From the human T2T-CHM13v2.0 reference genome, Homo sapiens, in NCBI RefSeq assembly GCF_009914755.1, contig NC_060937.1: DNA of 64,000 nt, one strand, 5' to 3'. Every line of letters begins with the position of its first letter. Within the stretch, counting starts at the first letter, position 1. This document shows positions 38,445 to 52,200 of the stretch, in pieces. A program made the translations under genes and the position numbers. Below the pieces are notes generated by a model. It saw only the letters and a program-made list of their open reading frames with translations, was not told the origin of the DNA and did not search any database.

Positions 38445-39848
38445 GATATATATATCAATGGAACAGAACAGAGGCCTCAGAAATAATGCCACACATATAC
38501 AACCATCTGATCTTTGACAAACCTGACAAAAACAAGCAATGGGGAAAGGATTCCCTATTTAATAAATGGTGTTGGGAAAACTGGCTAGCCATATGCAGAA
38601 AACTGAAACTGGACCCCTTCCTTACGTCTTATATACAAATTAACTCAAGATGGATTAAAGACTTAAACATAAGACCTAAAAACATAAAACCCTAGAAGAA
38701 AACAGGCAATACCATTAAGGAACATAGGCATGGGCAAAGACTTAATGACTAAAACACCAAAAGTTAAGACTTCATAACTAAAACACCAAAAGCAATGGCA
38801 GCAAAAGCCAAAATTGACAAATGGGGTCTAATTAAACTAAAGAGCTTCTGTACAATAAAAGAAACTATCATCAGAGTGAACAGGAAATCTACAGAATGGG
38901 AGAAAATTTTTGCAATCTATCCATCTGACAAAGGGCTAATATCCAGAATCTACAAGAAAGTTAAACAAATTTACAAAAAAAAAATCAAAAAGTGGGCAAA
39001 AGATATGAACAGACACTTCTCAAAAGAAGACAATTATGTGGCCAACAAACATCTGAAAAAAAGTTTATCATTGCTGGTCATTAGAGAAATGCAAATCAAA
39101 ACCACAATGAGATACCATCTCACACCAGTTAGAATGGTGATCATTAAAAAGTTAGGAAACAATAGATGCTGGGGAGGGTGTGGAGAAATAGGAACGCTTT
39201 TACACTGTTGGTGGGAGTGTTAATTAGTTCCACCATTGTGGAAGACAGTGTGGCAATTTCTCAAGGATCTAGAACCAAAAATACCATTTGACCCAGCAAT
39301 CCCATTACTGGGTATATACCCAAAGGATTATAAATCATTCTCCTATAAAGACACATGCACACGTATGTTTATTGTAGCACTGTTCACAATAGCAAAGACT
39401 TGGAACCAACCCTAATGCCCATCAATGATAGACTGGATAAGAAAATGTGGCACATATACATCATGGAATACTATGCAGCCATAAAAAAAGATGATCCATG
39501 TCCTTTGCAGGGACATGGATGAAGCTGGAAACCATCATTCTCAGCAAACTAACACAAGAACAGAAAACCAAACAGTGCATTTTTCTCACTCCTAAGTGGG
39601 AGTTGAACAGTGAGAACACATGGACACAGGGAGGGGAACATCACACACTGGGGCCTGTCAAGGAGTGAGGGCCTAGGAGAGGAATAGCATCAGGTGAAAT
39701 ACCTAATGTAGATGACGGTTTGATGGGTGCAGCAAACCACCATGGCACGTGTATACCTATGTAACAGACCTGCACGTTCTGCACATGTATCTCAGAACTT
39801 CAAGTATAATTTTTTTTAAAACTTACCTATTAAAGAAAACAAAAAATT
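38445..39848 (+). mobile_element. L1PA7-like 5'-truncated element
   Basis: ORF2 C-terminal ORFs 38486-38695 and 38795-39223. 3'UTR gtagatgacggtttgatgggtgcagcaaaccaccatggc. TSD-like aagtaggta(a/t)tt at 38431-38442 / 39849-39860. Confidence 0.92.
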
Positions 39849-40224
39849 AAGTAGGTATTTTTTTTTTACCTATCTTCTTTTGACTTTATTGTCTTTTTCT
39901 TATTTCTCACAAGTCCTGTACAGTCATGCTAAAGGAAAAATTTGATGAATTCATTTATACATCCTAAGATATTAAGGTCACTCTGTGGTATTTTCACTTT
40001 CTAAGGGTTCCCCTTAGGAGAAGAGAGAGAGAGAGATTAAATTTACCATATATGGGAATGATTTTTTCATTAGTGGGATTTAGATACTTTAGGATAGATA
40101 TCAAAAGTTATTCTAGAATGAACCTGTTCTCTCTCCTGGTGCTGGTCTACCTGCAACTCTGCTAAAGTTCCTGTTTCCCAGTGCAGTAAATGGTTATCAT
40201 TACCCTTCCTGTTATATAAAGTAG

Positions 40225-40535
<311 letters not shown>

Positions 40536-41389
40536 TGAAAGTCACTCTTGACATCTCTCTCCACTATGTCAAATCCAACTCCAAGTTGTATTGATTTTTA
40601 TCACCCAAATATGTTTTACATGATTTCATTTCCATCCATCTCCACTCCCTCCACCCTTATCCAGGTTACATTTTTTTTTCTTGATTTACTGAATAAACAA
40701 GTTCAGACTATTTTCAAGAGCCAATGGGCAAATTTAGCACAACAATTTGAGGTAATGTTCTGAAAGGAAAAAAAAAATCTTAGAGAAGCAAAGATTCAAA
40801 CTCTCCAAGTATGAATATTTGCCTAGCCTCTTAGAGGAGCTAATCCCTTAGTACTAGGCTTCTTTTTATGATATCAAGAAAGAAGAAATATTTCAGGTTA
40901 TAATTTGATAAATCTAATAAAACTAAACTTTTAATTTTGTATCTCCCTAATTAAAGCATCAACTAATCATAGTAGAGATGGGTTTTTTAAATCTAATTAA
41001 GTTTGCCCAAAGACTTCTAAGAGAATTTATGATCCACAAAATATTTGTCTAGTATCAAGCAATTTGGCAGCATTTCTAACTGTTTTGCAAAGATATTTTT
41101 ACCCAAGTGATTAAGAAATGTTTTATTTGGTACACTGCCCCATCACTGTGGCCAGGTATAATCTCTGAAAATTTCATGGTTTAATCCTGTGTTCAGTTAC
41201 ATAAAATCTCATTTTAGAACTTATAATTTTAATTGCCTCAGAGTAATAATATTGAGCACAATATATATGAGCATACTATTATATAATGTATATATATGTA
41301 TTAGTATATAAGACTGTACTTTTGAAATTTGCATGTGTGTGTTTGTGTGTGTGTGCATTTACTACTTTCTTTTTCAATCCCCAAAGTAG

Positions 41390-41520
41390 CTCTCTGGCAT
41401 AGGTAGGTAAGATGATATGGATTATTATAACTCTGTATTTATGTATGAAAAAATTAAGATTTTGAGAAGTGTCTTGATTTGCCCTAGATCATAGAAAATG
41501 TAAAGGCCTAACCACTCAGA
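41390..41520 (-). mobile_element. MIR fragment
   Basis: attattataactc..atttatgtatgaaaaaattaagatttgagaag...gatttgccctagatcatag resembles the MIR core. Confidence 0.5.
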
Positions 41521-42829
41521 AATAAACAGAAATCCATGTGAGCTCAGAATTGCTAATAAAATTCAATATAGGCCATTCTTGGAGCTTACTGATTTTATAA
41601 AAGCCTTTAAATAAAGTCTCTGAAATCTTAAATTAAAAAATATAGGTACTAACAACAAATCAAGGCAACTTCTACTTTGCTCTTCAGAATACCTTTTGAA
41701 ATATGTTTCTCTACATATAACTTTTTAATGTGTGTGTGTGTTATGAATTATACAAATCACAGGCTAGTGGAGCTAACATTAACTTCTAATCTAGATATCT
41801 TAAACATCTCTACTAATATCTCACAGTTTAATGATAAATCTGTATTTGGTACTCCTTTTGGGTCTACTAATACCATCGTTAGTTTCTTATGCAAGTCAAG
41901 AACCACAAAACTAGACAGGACAGAGTAGAGCAGGCTACCTTGTAAGAAGAGATATTGAGAATGTCCAATTGATGACTAAAATAAGTTACTTTTAAATCAG
42001 TTTGATTTGATTTGATAAAATATAGAAAGTTTGTGCCAGGTGCCATGAGGAGTAAACAATAAATAAAATATAATTGTTTCCATAAGTAAACTATAATGCA
42101 CAAGAAAGACAGCAAACATAAAGTGAAGTGAATTAAGTAGAATAACAGAGTTTAAGAAATTCATGAAAGTTCTATCAAAAAAAATCATTTCTAACTAAGG
42201 AAATAGTTAGAGTTTAGGGTGGAATTTGAATTGTGCTAAAGGTTGTGTATAAAGTTTTCCAAGACAAAATGGATGATAAAAATATTGTAAATTAGGGGAT
42301 CATGAGTCAATGATTATTTTGAAGACCTCTAAACATGGTTTTATGACTTAATTTTACAGTATGTGGAAGTCCGGTGAAACTTAAGCCTAGAGAGTTAATT
42401 TGGGAAGGAGGAAAAAGCTTTGAATATGATGCTAAGGAATTAAGATGTTTCAGCCAAGATTAGGGATTGAGAAAGGATTGAGATTTGCATGCCAACTCTG
42501 ATTGATTGATAGTGACTGCACAGACTGTGCTGTTGAGAGGCCTTCTGAGCACCAGTGTGAGCTTAGTAATATGTTTCATTAGCAATCTCTTCCAAAAGAG
42601 GGATGGAGAAGGAATTTGCACCATGGCTAATCAATTAGTTTATTCAAAAGCCTGAATTAGGCAGGGACGAGCATGAAATTGTTTTATTTTCTCCCCATCA
42701 TTGCCTTTAACCATTCCATATCAATTTTCCCTTCCCTACTCTTACAGACATCTAAGTAAATCTTAGAGCTTTCCAGTAACTTTCCATTATAAGAACTTTG
42801 AGATTTTGTTCTCATTCTGATTTTAAAAA

Positions 42830-43473
42830 AGAGAAAAGGAAGTGCTTATATACTGCTGGTGGGAATGTAAATTAGGTCAGCCCTTGTGGAAAGCAGTTTG
42901 GAGATTTCTCAAAGAATTTAAAACAGAACTACCATTCAACTGGGCAATCCCATTACTGGGTATATGCCCAAAGGAATACAAATTTTTCTACCATAAAGAC
43001 ACATGCACACATATGTTTATTGCAGCACTATTCACAATAGCAAAAACATGGAATCATCCTAGATGCCCACCAATGATGGCCTGGTTAAAGGAAATGTGGT
43101 ACATACGCACCATGGGATACTACGTAGCCTTAAGGAAAGAATGGAATCCTATCCTTTACAGTAACATGGATGGAGCTGGAAGCCAATATCCTGAGCAAAT
43201 TAACACAGGGAGAGAAAAACAAATACCATACGCTCTCACTCGTAAGTGGGAGCTAAACATTGAGCACACATGGACATAAAGAAGGGAACAACAGACACTA
43301 GGGCCTACTTGAGGATAGAGGGTAGGAAGAAAGTCAAGAAAAAACTATCGGGTACTATGCTTATTACCTGGTTACAAAATAATCTGTACATCAGACCCCC
43401 GTGACAAGAAATTTGCTCATGTAACAAAGTGGCACATGTACCCCCTGTACCTAAAATAAAAGTTGGAAAGAAA
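42830..43473 (+). mobile_element. L1PA16/L1PB-like 3' fragment
   Basis: ORF2 C-terminus (CWWECKLGQPLWKAVWRFLKE...) and 3' end gggtactatgcttattacctgg...cctaaaataaaagttggaaag. Confidence 0.9.
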
Positions 43474-43779
43474 AGTAGTTCCAGTCAAAAATCACTAAGT
43501 TTTTATGCAATTCAACATACTTCTGCATGTTTTCTCTTCTCTGATGGTCAGTCCCTTTGAATTGTCTTGCCAGGATTGTTCAAGCCTGCTAACTTTTCTG
43601 GCCCACAGTTTTTGTTCCACAGAGGACAGACTTGCCACAATGAATACTGCCTGATGTAGCCTGTCCCAGTGCTGACCCTCTCTCCACAAGTCTACTTTCT
43701 CTTAGGAACTTGTTTTCCCCCTTGCTTAAATAAGATAAGGGTAAATATAGTTTGCTGCCTACTTTTTTTTGTTTGAATT

Positions 43780-44235
43780 ACTTTATAAGAAGCCCTTAAA
43801 TAGGGATTTGGGGGCAAATAGATCATGAAGGAGGTGAAGGCATGGCAATGAGTTGTGACACAGTGAAGGGAAGCAGGTCACAGGGGTGGTTTATCAAGCC
43901 AGTCGCTACTGTGGTCAATGAGCCATAGTCCCTCACACAGGGGATACTCTAGGAGCCAGTGGAAACCCTTACCTCAGACCTAGTTGATGCCAGGGACGTA
44001 TGTGAATGTATAGAGCAATTCCTGTCCATTATTGTTGAGCACAGTTCATTGCCCGGGTGTGTTCATTCCCAGATCCTTGTGACTGGCTGGCTACACAAGT
44101 GATGAAGCAAGGTAAGAGTAAGAAAAAGGTCTCAGACAAAGGAATGCAGGTGCTAGAAATAACACATCTATTTGGTGCCCTCTAAAGTAATAATGGGAAG
44201 GGCATATGGATGGGGCACCAGCAACATCTGCTGTA
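43780..44235 (-). mobile_element. Ancient ERVL LTR (LTR16/LTR40-like)
   Basis: gaagggaagcag...tatcaagccagtcgctactgtgg...gggcatatggatggggcaccagcaacatctgctg. Confidence 0.6.
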
Positions 44236-45960
44236 CTGCTTGACCTCAGAGCCTATGAGGGACTCCCTCATAGGCCCCTTTCCTTGGCTTGAGGAGTATT
44301 GCTCGTTAGGAAAGAGGAGCAAGACCACTGAAATCTCCCCTGAATCCAGTAACTCCCAAAATGTGGCCAGTTCCAACAAGTCTTCTCTTTGAATGTCTAG
44401 TCTTTTGCTCACATTGACTGATGAGGTGACAGGCACAGGATACTTTTGGCCAAATGAGATAATGAATTGAAGACTTGATTTCTAATGTGGGAGGTCCTTA
44501 GCATCTATAAAAATATGTACTTATGCCACAGCTTTTTGTAGTCCTCAAACATATTTACACATTTTTCGCTCTTACTGTTTTATCAAAATAGGTTTTCATC
44601 ATATTCATAGTCAAATAATATAGCTTCAAAAAAGTATTTTTGTTTCCAATACCTTATTTGCAGGGTTTCACAATGGTAGATAAAATCTCAAGTAGAAGAA
44701 ATACAGATCTAAGAATAGGGAAGACAAATCTTTAAAAACCTTAATATAAAAAATTTCTTTATTGCTTGATATTTTAACAAAAGTGACACCAGGAAAAATA
44801 CAAGTGCTCCAATGAATTCTATCTTGTATGTTTTTCTTCGTGTTTTGCAGTAATTATAATGCTTACAGTAACTTAAGTATGGAATTTAAAAGTTACTTAC
44901 CCAGAATTATTTTCAATTTAAAAATGGAAATGATATCCAGGAGCTTTAACGACTTCAATGTTCCAGTTTACCTAGAGAAATTTTAGTTAAATGTTTTATT
45001 TAAGTTCTGTCAGCTGGGTATTTTTATATCTAACTCATACTTTTGTCCAACTCCTCTTTATTCAGTTCCTGATGTTATGTCTTACATGATTTCTCCCTTG
45101 CTAAATTTTAAATTTCATTAAGAGCAAAGATTGTCTTTTTAATGTTAGATTATCAGCTTCCCCACCAACACCCCCAAATTCCAGTACTCACAAAATGCTT
45201 TGCATAAAAGCTCTCTCTTTATACATTACTTTCAGCAAAAAAATAAAAAATAGCATCTGAAAGTTTGAAATACCATTCGTAAAGGGATCTGTCTTATCCT
45301 CATTCCCTTTTGCCCTTGAAACATTTGTGGAACGTACAGTAAAACAAGCAACTAATTATTATTAAATTGAAGGCTATTCATTATAATCATTCCAATGTAG
45401 ACATTATACACTATTCTATATGCATGCCCTTGTAAGTGGGCTTAATTTTTTGCTCTTAAAATGATTAAAAGAAAAAAATACTTTGGCATATAAAAGTTCA
45501 GCTCCTTTCCTATCAATAATATATTTAATTGTGCAGATCCTAAAGGGAGATGGTGGTGGCCAAAAATAGATGCTTTTGCTGGCACCTGTAACTTGCATTT
45601 AGCCCAATCAGGCCTATAATCCTGAGGGATTCCTAAAAAAGAGGAAGAGCTTTCATTTAGCCTGATATATTTAATTTTCATCAATTTTTTAATCAAATAC
45701 TAGTAATATTTTTCATCAAATACTAGTAATTCTATTAAGGTTTTAAAATGCTATAGAGTGTTTGAAATGATGTCCTACTTTAGTACATTGTCTTTTGTGT
45801 GTTTCTTTTTTTTTTGCCACCTAATCATTTTACTTTTAAAAGAATAATTTAGGACTCCATAAAAAAATTTGTATTGCAAAGAACCATGAGTAGAAATCAA
45901 AAACTCATAGGATGATCGGCTAAAAGCAGGAACTAGGCTGCTTGAAAAGAAATAATAGTA

Positions 45961-45963
<3 letters not shown>

Positions 45964-45993
<30 letters not shown>
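45964..45993. repeat. (AAT)10 microsatellite
   Basis: Perfect trinucleotide run. Confidence 0.95.
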
Positions 45994-45997
<4 letters not shown>

Positions 45998-46039
45998 GAG
46001 CTAACACCATTGAATGCTATTCTCTTCTGGGGATTTTTT

Positions 46040-46225
46040 AAGTGCATGACATACAGTCTCTCACTAAATCTTCCAAACAAATTTATAATGCAGATTCTAT
46101 AATTCTTTTCATTTTACAGGGGTGTTAAGAGTCTCTGCAGTTCAGTAACTTGGCTGATGTCCCTCAGCTGGTGAGCAATAGAGCTGAGATCTCAGCCTAG
46201 GTGATGTGATGGCAGAGCCTCTCTT
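46040..46225 (-). mobile_element. MIR fragment
   Basis: tctcactaaatcttccaaacaa...cattttacag...gtaacttggctgatgtccctcagctggtgag...agagctgagat. Confidence 0.65.
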
Positions 46226-47187
46226 CCAAAACAGACTGCTAAATTATTTCAAAGAAAGACACATTACTGTAAAACTCTATGCTTGAATTTCTATTAGAAA
46301 AGAGAAAAGTAAATATTGCATGTGTTTATTTTGAACAAATATGGTTTGTTTTGTAACAAGTATATTTTAATCCCATGACTGAAAATTAGATTGCCTAAAA
46401 TATTTGTCTTACTCGTTACTGAATTAAAATGTTTCTTTTCTTACTGTTAATTCAGGGATATAATGCTTCCATCTCTATGCCAGATTTGGCTCTTGGATTA
46501 ATTCTACCAGCCCAGGAACTTCTAGCTTTATAAGGCAATAGCACCCAGCCTTAGAAATAATTTCCTCACTAGTAGGTTGCTGTGGCTACTTGCTAAAGAG
46601 ACAACTGAACATTTGGATATTGCAAAGTTTTGGACCCTATGTAATATCTCCAAGTTTCAAAGGACAATAAAAACACAGGGTTGGCGTATTAAGCATCCTC
46701 ACATGTCTTGTTCTAGGAAAGTCATCTGAGAATCTACTAAGTGAGTCTCTGTTTTCTTTTTCTGTCCTCCACCTTGTTCCCTCCTTCTTGTTCTCCCTCC
46801 CTATCTACAATTCTTTGTTTCATTTCTTCTCTCTCTAACACCTAGATATCTTTTCTGTTTCTTTTCCTTCACTATTATGGTTCAACAACACTTATTACTT
46901 TAAGAGGTGGCAGAATGAAACATATTTTGTTCCATCCCTCAAAAAAGAGCTAAGCATAAATTTTAATACATGTATTTCTGCCCCTTGATTGCTAAAGTTC
47001 CATGAAAATTAGTCCATGGAGTAGAAAAGAAAAAGCTCTCTAATCTCAAAATGTTTATGCTATTTTCCAAACCTGCACGATACAAAAGGTTTTACACGTA
47101 TTAGTGTTATATGTTCAAAGGTTTAAATGGTATCCAAAACAGTACATGCAATTGGAGATAAAATTTGTCTTGATACTGTATGGATCT

Positions 47188-47720
47188 GTTACAGTTATCT
47201 GATGCATAATACATCACAATGGATTTTTAAAAATGCAATTTCTTACCTCTCTTGGTTTCTGTAAGTCAGCAGTTCAGACAAGGCAAGCAGGGATCACTTA
47301 TCTCTTCTCCATGATGACTAGGAGTCAGATGTCTGATGTGAAGCCCTGTGTGGGGCTGCAATCATTTGAGGACTCACATGTCTGGTGGCTTATGCTGGCT
47401 GGGGACCTTAGTTCTTCTCCATGCTTGCAGGCCTTCCAAGAGGTCTGTCTCTGTAGTTTCTCGTAGCTTCTTCCCAGCATGGTGGCTGAATGCAAAGGTG
47501 AATATCCAGACAGGAGCAGGAGGAACCACAATACCATGTGTGCTCCAGCCTCAGAAAGCACATAGCATCTGCCCACTATGTGCTTGTGGGTGAGGCAGCC
47601 ACAAGTCTCATCCAAGTTCACAGAAAGGGCAAATGGATTCCTCATCTGGATTGGAAGGGGGCAAGGTTCCAGAGGAGCATGGGAGACCAGAAATATTGAT
47701 GTGCAATTTTGAAAAATGCA
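47188..47720. mobile_element. MLT1-family MaLR LTR
   Basis: gtttctgtaagtcagcagttcagac...ggggctgcaatcatttgagg...cagcatggtggctg...cacatagcatctgcc. Confidence 0.7.
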
Positions 47721-49669
47721 ATGTGTCCAAGGATTTTTTATGTTCTTCATGCATAAACTATACACAGCAACATGTTAACATTGTTTTTCTTTTGTAGGTG
47801 GAATTCATGCTTTGAAATATATTTTATTTTTATTTTAGCATATACATTCAAAGATAATGACCATGAATTACCTTTTTAATAAAAAAAAAAGATAAAAGAA
47901 AACAGCAGATGCTTCCTTCTCCTCTTTAAGCTACAGGAAAAGAAAAACAAGCAAAAAAAAGCTCAGGACCAAGAAAAAAGCTCTTGCAACAACTGAATGT
48001 CACTCTCTAATTTTCTCCCATAATATTTTTGTATTGTACTGCTGCTAGAATCAGCATCAGTTTCCTTATAACCATTGACCCAAACGTTTCCAAAGCATCT
48101 GAGGTATTATTTCACACCTATCTACCTCCACCTCAATCTTTAGGGAAGGGAAGGAAGGAAGGTTCCAAATGCAGAAGATTCAGGAACTAAGTACAATATG
48201 TAAGCTTGACCTTGATAGTTTCTATTGAGGTATCTCAGAAAAAACTTTGTAAATATTTTGGAGAATAAATATATGCAAAAAATACCAAAGACAAATGTAC
48301 TAACCTACTTTTTCATTATTCTGAGTCATCTAATATCACTTTAAGGTTTTTTAAATTTTTGTTTATTGTTTTCAAAAGTTTTTGTGTCATTGACCAGTGA
48401 TCACTCTCATGACTTATACAATAAATTTAATATATGTAACATATCTTCTAATTTCTTTGTAGCCTGAAATTGATAATCTTATCCTAAAAAGGATACCAGC
48501 TATTAGCATCTATATAGTACTTTTCTTATGTAGAAAATAGTTTTATACATGTATGCAATTTTTTCTTTCAGAAATTGCATCAAAAGAAAAGTAATGCGGG
48601 GTTAACCTTCTTTGTCTTCAGAAGAAGGAAAAGACCTTAAATTGCTTGCCCAGTAGTTACAGTAGGTAAAACCTAAAAAACCAAGACATTCTAATTGTAC
48701 TAAAGAAGAAAGGATTATTTTAGACCTAAAATAGCTTGTTTTCCCCTTTGTTCAAGATGTAATGGCCAGGGGTGAAAGCATAAAAGGCAATATGTTTACA
48801 TATTCTAGATGCATAATCCCAAGAACGAATACTCTTGAGAGGCTATCTCAATACCTTTTCTCATGTTATGCATGTCATTGCCATTAAAAAGTCTTACTTT
48901 TCCAGTCTCATGCTTGACTGATTCAAAGAATCTTGGAATGTGGACACATGTCATGTAACTATCCCCTCATACTCTTTGCACGTTGAAGTTAGGCAAAACA
49001 CTCCATATTAGTTCAGATAAATATTGCTAGTGGAAATTGACAGATTGCTTAAACTACTTCTTACCTTCAAAACTGCCCTGGCTGAGAGAGTGGTACCCTT
49101 GGATCACTAATTAACCATAATCATTATTAGTGTGGCTATTGCTTTAAAACTATTTCTAAGCTTACCAGTTATTTTCAGGTTCTGTGTTCCCCTTCTCCTG
49201 CCCACTTGATTGGTTTTAAATTGCAACTGTCGACTGCAGCTTTCTATAGCACTTACTCATGACTGCTCCAGCTTTCAACTTTCTCTTTCCATTCAAACAG
49301 CTAAATTGGAAGTGTGTAGTGCTTGATTTATATTTAGATGTATTTTTTAAATGAAGAGTTAAAAGTTAAAAGTCTGCACAGCTGCAGGAAACATTATTGA
49401 AAGTCCTTTAAAACCATTATGTAGACTCACTCAAATGGCCGCTACAAATGCACATTATAAAATCGGCCTTTTAGCTATTAGCATTTCATTTGAGTTTGTA
49501 CTATTTTCCCTTGCTATTGTCAGTATTTAATGGTAATCATTTAGTATCATAAAGCTAGACATGTTTCTCTACATAAGAATAATAATGGCACGTATAGAAA
49601 AATAAGTGGGCAAGGAAGAAAATTTTAAAATGCAGCAGAGGATTGGGGTTAAGGAGTGCATCAAAATTA

Positions 49670-50360
49670 GTTTGTAGCAATATTGGAACAAACTGGCTCA
49701 AACAGTAAGTACATGATTTATCATTTTAAGAAAGTGAAAGTCCATAGAGAGTGTGGGATTCAGGGTGGATCGCTGTAGTGTCTCATGGGTGACATCATGG
49801 ATCTAGACTTGTCCTTTGTCTTCCAGTTCTGTCACCTTCAGTATCCATTTTGTTCAGGGCTGGTTATCTTAGTGGGAGTAAAAAGGTGGCCAAGCAAAGC
49901 TGCTTGGCCGCTTGTTGCCTTTCTCATATTCAGCAAGAGAGGGAGGAAGTAAGGTGTGGAGATGGAGAAAGGCTGAGAAAGAGAAGAGAAGGGTTGCAGA
50001 AAAGAGAAAAGAGAGAGGCGGGCGGACAGAAGGGAAAGAGAAGGAAGGGGAGACACAGGGAGAGGGAGAGCATGACAACAAGAGAGGCACTCTCAAAAAT
50101 CACTTTGGGCCAGTAACTTTCAGGTGGTAGATCAGGAATCCTGTACTGATTAGCTCAATCAGATATTCTAACCAGTCACTGGTGAGAATGATGGCCAACC
50201 ATAATTGGAAGGGACCATCAGATAAGAATCTTTCCCTGGAGCGGCAAATTAACTCAGCTTCTCCTGAGGCTCTTGGAGTTCATGAGACTTCAGTGGATTC
50301 CTGGACAAGTTTAAGGTCCTTTTAGAAAGAAAGAGGATGAAATAGATATTGCATGAGAGC
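49670..50360. mobile_element. Old MLT1 (K/L-like) LTR with internal GA-rich tract (about 49935-50090)
   Basis: caaactggctcaaac...aagtccatagagagtgtgggattcagg...aaaggtggcc...gattagctcaatcag...aaccagtcactg. Confidence 0.55.
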
Positions 50361-51669
50361 CAAAGGCGTCTGCTATGTGTAGGTAGGTTTAGAAATCATG
50401 AAGTAAGAGTTAGCCATGAACAGAAGAACTTGACCTTTTTTCCAGTGTTCAGTTCATACTTATGAATATCTCATTGAAAAGAATTCAAATAAATTATAGA
50501 TTATAAAACAAGGTACAGTGAAGTAAGTATATTTTAAAACATTCTTACTTCTTTCTTTTTCTCTTATTCAAGACCCTTGAAGGAAGTGTTGCAATTTACT
50601 ACTTTTATTGAAAGAGAATATCAGAATATTTCTTTTTCCTCCAGGAAGAACTGCAACTACTATATTATTATTTTCCCATTCTACCCTATGAAATGTAATT
50701 CCAATACTGTCATGAAATAAATATATTAATTCATGTAACCTATACTTGGTAAATGCCTGCTATGGACAGGGTATACTAAGTAGGTGTCTTGCAAACTATA
50801 AAAATGAGACTGAAAGAGGTTTGTTCCCCAAGCTGTTCATGGTATAATCAAAGAGATAGGACACTTGCATAGATAACTGCAGTGCCAGTTAGAAAATACA
50901 TGCCATTAGAGAAGCACAGATAGTGTGCAATGGGAAATGAGTCTTTTTCCCTGGAAGATTATCAGTTATGTGAATATTCCAAAGCAAATCTCAATTTCCA
51001 GTTCTTGTAGAAATTATTACTAGCTCTTCTTACTTTATCATTACTTATGTCATTATCAGCAACTCCGCTCACTCTTATCATATGCTAGTTTTACCTGCTT
51101 TGGAGTCATAGTAGAAGGACTTTTACAACAAAGGATTTAATTACTTCTTTGCCTCTGGGGATGTTATGAGCTAAGATACTAAGCTAAGATGGTGCCTATG
51201 TGCTCAGCCTCAAAAATAGTCCTCACCTCTACTCTGTCTGTAACCTCTGAAATAAACAATAGTCTGTTAATGCGGTAAAGTGATCCAATCACTATTTAAA
51301 GACTTGGTCAGTGATTTTTTTTGTTTGTTTAAAATTCTAATGTTGTATATTTCAGAATAGATAGAACAGTGATTTTTTACAAAATTTACAACAGTCCTAA
51401 GTTGTGGAAAGTTTAGAATAAACTTACTCAAAATTTTGACTGGAGTTACTCATGAATTATAACACTGTATGCTGGTTTGAACTAGTGTAAACAATTATGG
51501 TACATACAGAATGAAATTCTCAGAAAGGAAGTAATAAACAGCAAGGTAGTTAGTGAAAGGAGGCACTTTTTCAGCTACTGCAAATTGAGATCATTTTGAA
51601 TATGTTTTCATAATTCATTTTGAGTGTTTGATTATTTGAAGTACTGTAAAATCACAAAACAGACAAAAA

Positions 51670-51810
51670 AGATTTGATCTTCAATCCTAATTCTACCACT
51701 TACTAGCTATATTACATTAATAATTGTATTTATTATCTGTGTCTGAATTTTATTCTCATCTGTAAAATGGGAGGGTTCAACCACTCAATTCCTAATATCT
51801 TCCTTTCATG
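51670..51810 (+). mobile_element. MIR fragment
   Basis: ttcaatcctaattctaccacttactagct...tctcatctgtaaaatggg. Confidence 0.65.
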
Positions 51811-52059
51811 TCTAAATTTTACAGTGAAATATTAGAACATTATCAAATATAAATGTAGATCACAAAACTGTGTGAAAATTATGTTCACATTATTTTTATT
51901 TATCTGCATAGGAATTTTCATATATTAATATGGGTAATTGAGACTTGGCCGCTTTCAATTTGGCAATAATAATGTATTTACATAGGAGGAAATTAAGTGG
52001 TTTTCAGCTTTTTCAATGTGTCAGTTCCTGGGAATGTTGCCTGCACTGTCATTTAATTT

Positions 52060-52200
52060 TCAAGTAACCCTTCAAGGTAGATATTGCAATCTCATAAGGA
52101 AAGATGAACAATAAAGCACAGAGTTAAAAGTATTTGTCCAAGGTCATGCAACTAGTAAATTGTGGATGTGGGATATGAAGCCAGATATGTCTATGCTTGT
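52060..52200 (-). mobile_element. MIR fragment
   Basis: aaccctt..aggtagatatt...aagcacagag...tttgtccaaggtcatgcaactagtaa. Confidence 0.6.

Noticed and set aside
45676-45730. atcaaatactagtaat duplication (similar small repeats at about 2894-2950 and 61745-61810)
   Set aside because: Ordinary slippage in AT-rich DNA with no further structure.
49935-50090. Purine-rich tract and its R/E/K-rich ORFs
   Set aside because: Low-complexity GA expansion within an old LTR; the peptides are compositional artefacts.
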